Shown here in pieces: positions 60,782 to 64,000 of a stretch of DNA of 64,000 bases. The position numbers and the translations under genes are program-made. The notes below the pieces were generated by a model, which ran no database searches, was not told the origin of the DNA, and worked only from the letters and a program-made list of their open reading frames with translations. The DNA is from Xylographa opegraphella (Eukaryota), in contig JALDZX010000036.1 of assembly GCA_022813865.1 (NCBI GenBank), positions 1-64,000 on the forward strand, written 5' to 3'. How positions within the stretch are numbered: the first letter of the stretch is position 1; each line of letters starts with the position of its first letter.

Positions 60782-63278
60782 TTACCCTGGTCGGCCACCG
60801 GAGAGTCCTTCTTGCTGCCACGCTCCAGGGTGTGCATCCGCCCCAGCCGGGTCACCAATAGCGCCACCAACACCCACAGCAGCCATGCCGAGCTTGCTCG
60901 CATGTTTTTGGACGTCCGCCGTCTGCATCCAGTACAGCATGACAAAGATCAGCACGTGCAGCGTCAGGCAATACGTCGCAAACAGATTGCGACTGCTCCG
61001 GTTGGCCAGGATCAGTCTGGTGAGGGAAAAGACGATCCGTTCGGGCAAGCTCATGCGCTTGTAGGCCCGAGTCGCCTCGCGCCCCCGGAAGGCGGCAAAC
61101 GGAGAGATGTTGGCCTCGTAGGCCGAGCGGTATCGATCCAGCGAGAGCCCGGACGGTGGCTCGGCGGACATTTGGATGGACGTGGTTTGGGGGCTTTGGG
61201 CGTACGCCGAAGCCGAGGATGCGTGCTGACCGCGGTTGTAGGTTGATACGTAGCGCGTCTTTTCGTAGAGGCTGAGGTTGTCCTTCTGCAACGACGCGAT
61301 CTCTTGCCGCAGCGACGAGACCACGTGGTATTGCTTCGATAATTCCTCTTCGAGCTTCGAGTTCTTTTGCTTGAAACGATCCCGTTGCGCCTGGACCATT
61401 GGCAAGATCCCTGAGCCCCCACCCACCGGCTCTCCCGCACGGCTGCCTTCCATGCCGTCGTACGGACTACTCTGAGGCTCGAATCCAGAAATAATGGAGG
61501 ATGTCGGGGACGTCCTTCGAGTGCGGCCTGCAAACTGACTCGCGGAGTAACCTGCCGACGTTGGATACCGCGAAGTGGTAGACCTTGCCGAACTGGGGAA
61601 AGTGTTTGAAGCTTCTTGCTGAAGCGTAACAAGGTCATTCTCGAGAGTCGCATTGAGGTTCTGGGAACGCTCGAGGTCTGCGTTGGCTATAGATAAAGTC
61701 TCCCGAAGCACTTCCAATTCACGTTGCAATTCTTGATGAGAGACTCGAAGCCCCACCATTTCGGTACTCAGCTTCTTGTTCTTGGCAAGAAGAAGCTGTT
61801 CGAGTGTCTCCTTCTTGTTGGCTCCGAGAGCACCATTGGTCTGGCTCGAGCTTCGTTTGTGACTTGGCCGTTCATTCGAAGAGGTCGGTGCCGTGAGTGT
61901 CAAGTCATCATCATCACCTGTAGAGAACTCGATTGCCTGTTACTTCTGTCAGCTACGCAGTTATTAGATCTCTGCGATTTCGCGAGCGACCGTACCTTGA
62001 ACACCTCCAGCTCCCGTTTGATGTCGGGATAATCTCGCCAGTTATGCAGTCGATCTCGTAATTCCTCTCGATCTCGCTGTAAGGTCTGCGTATCGCGCTC
62101 CAACAAGCGAATGCGGGATTCCCATCTTCGAGATTCCGAGTCCTTTTCAAACTTGGCAGCTTCAAGCTTCCTCAGTAATGATCCATTTTCAGACCTGAGC
62201 CGTGTGAGAGCAGGATCGTCCTCGGTTTGCGCCTTTCGTGGAGAACTGGACAAGGCTTGTGCAAGTTCGATCCGAAGTTGCTCATTTCTTGCCTCCACCT
62301 CTGCTAAACGGTTACTGGTTCTTTCGAGATCCGAGCTCACAATTTCTAACTCAACTGCACTGGCCGAAATTCGATAGGTGTCTTCATCTCCTTCGGTATG
62401 ATGTCCAAGTCTCTGGGAGACCTCGTAGCTGGCCTTGACCTCGTTGAAAAGACGCTCTTGGGTCTCTAATTTCTCCTCTAAGCTCCGTTCCTTCGCCTCC
62501 CAGTTATCTCGCTTCTCTCCAAGCACAGCTTGCCAAGAAGCCTCTATCCCTTTGGCCCTAGACTCTTGTGAATCTTCAAGTTCCTTCCGTAAGGTCCGTT
62601 CAATTGCCAGCTGACGCTCTGTCTCTTCCAACTCGTGCGTAAGCTTCCCGACAGACCTTTGAAGACGCTCATTCTCGGTTGTGATTCTTGGTAGGGTATC
62701 TTCTGAAACTAGTAGGGAGTCGATAGAGGCTTCCAGGAGCGGGTAAGGATCAGGTGCTTCGGAGATTGTGGAGTAGAGTTGTAAGAACGCCGAAGAAGTA
62801 GTCTTGCCGTGATTTGTTAAAAGGTCAATGAACGTTTGGTATGCTATTCTTTTTTGTCAGCAAAATAATGAGAAAGGAACAGAGCGGGGATTCCCAATAC
62901 CTTTCAAAAGACCTTTATATTCTTGTAGCTTCACATCGTCCTCAAGCTTTCTGAACTCTTTTGTTTTCTGTGCAAGATCTTTCCGCTGAACAAGAGATTC
63001 GCGCTGATTTGCTACAATATCAGAGGCAGTAGCATCTAGTTCGTGCACAAGATTTCCAAGATCAATACCTGGACGATGTAAGCTCAGTGAGAGACGGTGA
63101 TTTGCGACTCTGTCATACTCCTCCATGCTGAGATTGCTGTTTGAAACTGATGCTCGTCTTTATGAGGCTCGAGAGATTGGAATGGTGTAGAATTCTGTTC
63201 CCCATTGTCGTGCACCGGCTCGGCAGGCTCTTTGGCCTCATCTGAGAGCTTGCCCTCTAGTGCTGCGGATAAGTCCAT
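60782..63278 (-). CDS. COY1: Golgin Coy1/CASP
   Basis: Starts MDLSAALEG. Motifs FQTAISAWR, RKDLAQKTKEFRKL and EAPDPYPLLEA, long coiled coil, CASP C-terminal ILPMVQAQRDRFKQKN and DNLSLYEKTRY, and a TM segment YCLTLHVLIFVMLY. Three introns. Confidence 0.92.
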
Positions 63279-63619
63279 TCTGTCCAAGAGCCCGTCATTG
63301 AAGGACGTCAAGACCAGTGTAAGTTGCGGTGAATTCTTCCAATGAGGCACATGACGAGATAGTATGTCGGTCCGATATAGTGGATTTGGAGGCGCGTCTA
63401 TATCATGATACGTACAGATGCGACGTGGTTGATACTTTGAGCAACCGCAGACCACGGGAAAGCTGACTTTGAGTTCCGCTCCGCTTCCGCTTCGACAACC
63501 ATCACTCCCTTATATCCTAGTAGTTTTCGCTCACGAGCGGATCGCAAGTCAAGCATGCTCATCATTACCACTGAGTGTTGTGTTTCTCCTTCAAGGGAGC
63601 AAGGCGCGTCTGTTAATCA

Positions 63620-64000
63620 ATGGCCACCGCGGAGGGGACTCTGGCCTCACTCGATGGCAGTGGGCAGCCCATATCGACAGGACCATACACGCTGAGGTCT
63701 CTTATGGAAAATGTGCCTCTGTCAGCTGAAGGGCAAGATACACAGACCACTATCACGTGTGTGGAGTACTGGGGTATGCAAATCACCACAAGACTCCACC
63801 TTTACTATCTGATTGTTCTCTAATTATCTTAGACGGAAATCTATACATTGGGACCTCTGCGGCTGAAATTCTTCATTTTGTGTCCTTTCCCAATGATGCT
63901 TCAGATGAAGCACATAGCTTGAACTACATACTGGCCTCTCGATTGGAACTTTCGCAGGGTGTTTCTATCCCTGGCTCATCAGCTGCAAAAGGCGTACAGC
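63620..64000 (+). CDS. 5' part of a Vps3/TGFBRAP1-like CNH-domain vacuolar sorting protein (runs off the window)
   Basis: GPYTLRSLMENVPLS...ITCVEYW, an intron, then GNLYIGTSAAEILHFV...YILASRL. Confidence 0.75.

Overview
Gene-dense nuclear DNA from a filamentous ascomycete (Pezizomycotina-type GT-AG introns with CTRAY branch sites). It carries about 20 intact protein genes: LHS1, DML1, a C2HC+Zn2Cys6 transcription factor, MSS51, RSE1/SF3B3, an aspartic protease, GNA1, choline kinase, a GRE2-like reductase, GT25, OSH1, a GT8/GNT1-like transferase, a CDF transporter, DUF3431, an uncharacterised GT-A-like protein, a small secreted Cys-rich protein, an FAD monooxygenase, DUF3455, COY1 and the 5' end of a VPS3/TGFBRAP1-like gene. 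There are about four pseudogenes (FunK1 kinase, fucose-lectin-like, BVMO-like, and a membrane protein). The most interesting signals are non-coding. (1) An orphan Pol III-type unit (TATA, A-box-like element, perfect B box, T6 terminator) of about 215 nt at 24590-24810 on the minus strand does not resemble any tRNA, U6, 5S, SRP or RNase P/MRP RNA I can recognise. (2) RSE1 intron 2 contains a box C/D snoRNA with a 12-nt guide to 18S rRNA (yeast Am541 site). (3) RSE1 intron 1 is almost entirely filled by a nested hairpin. Exon boundaries and family names come from manual reading and motif recognition, not database searches.
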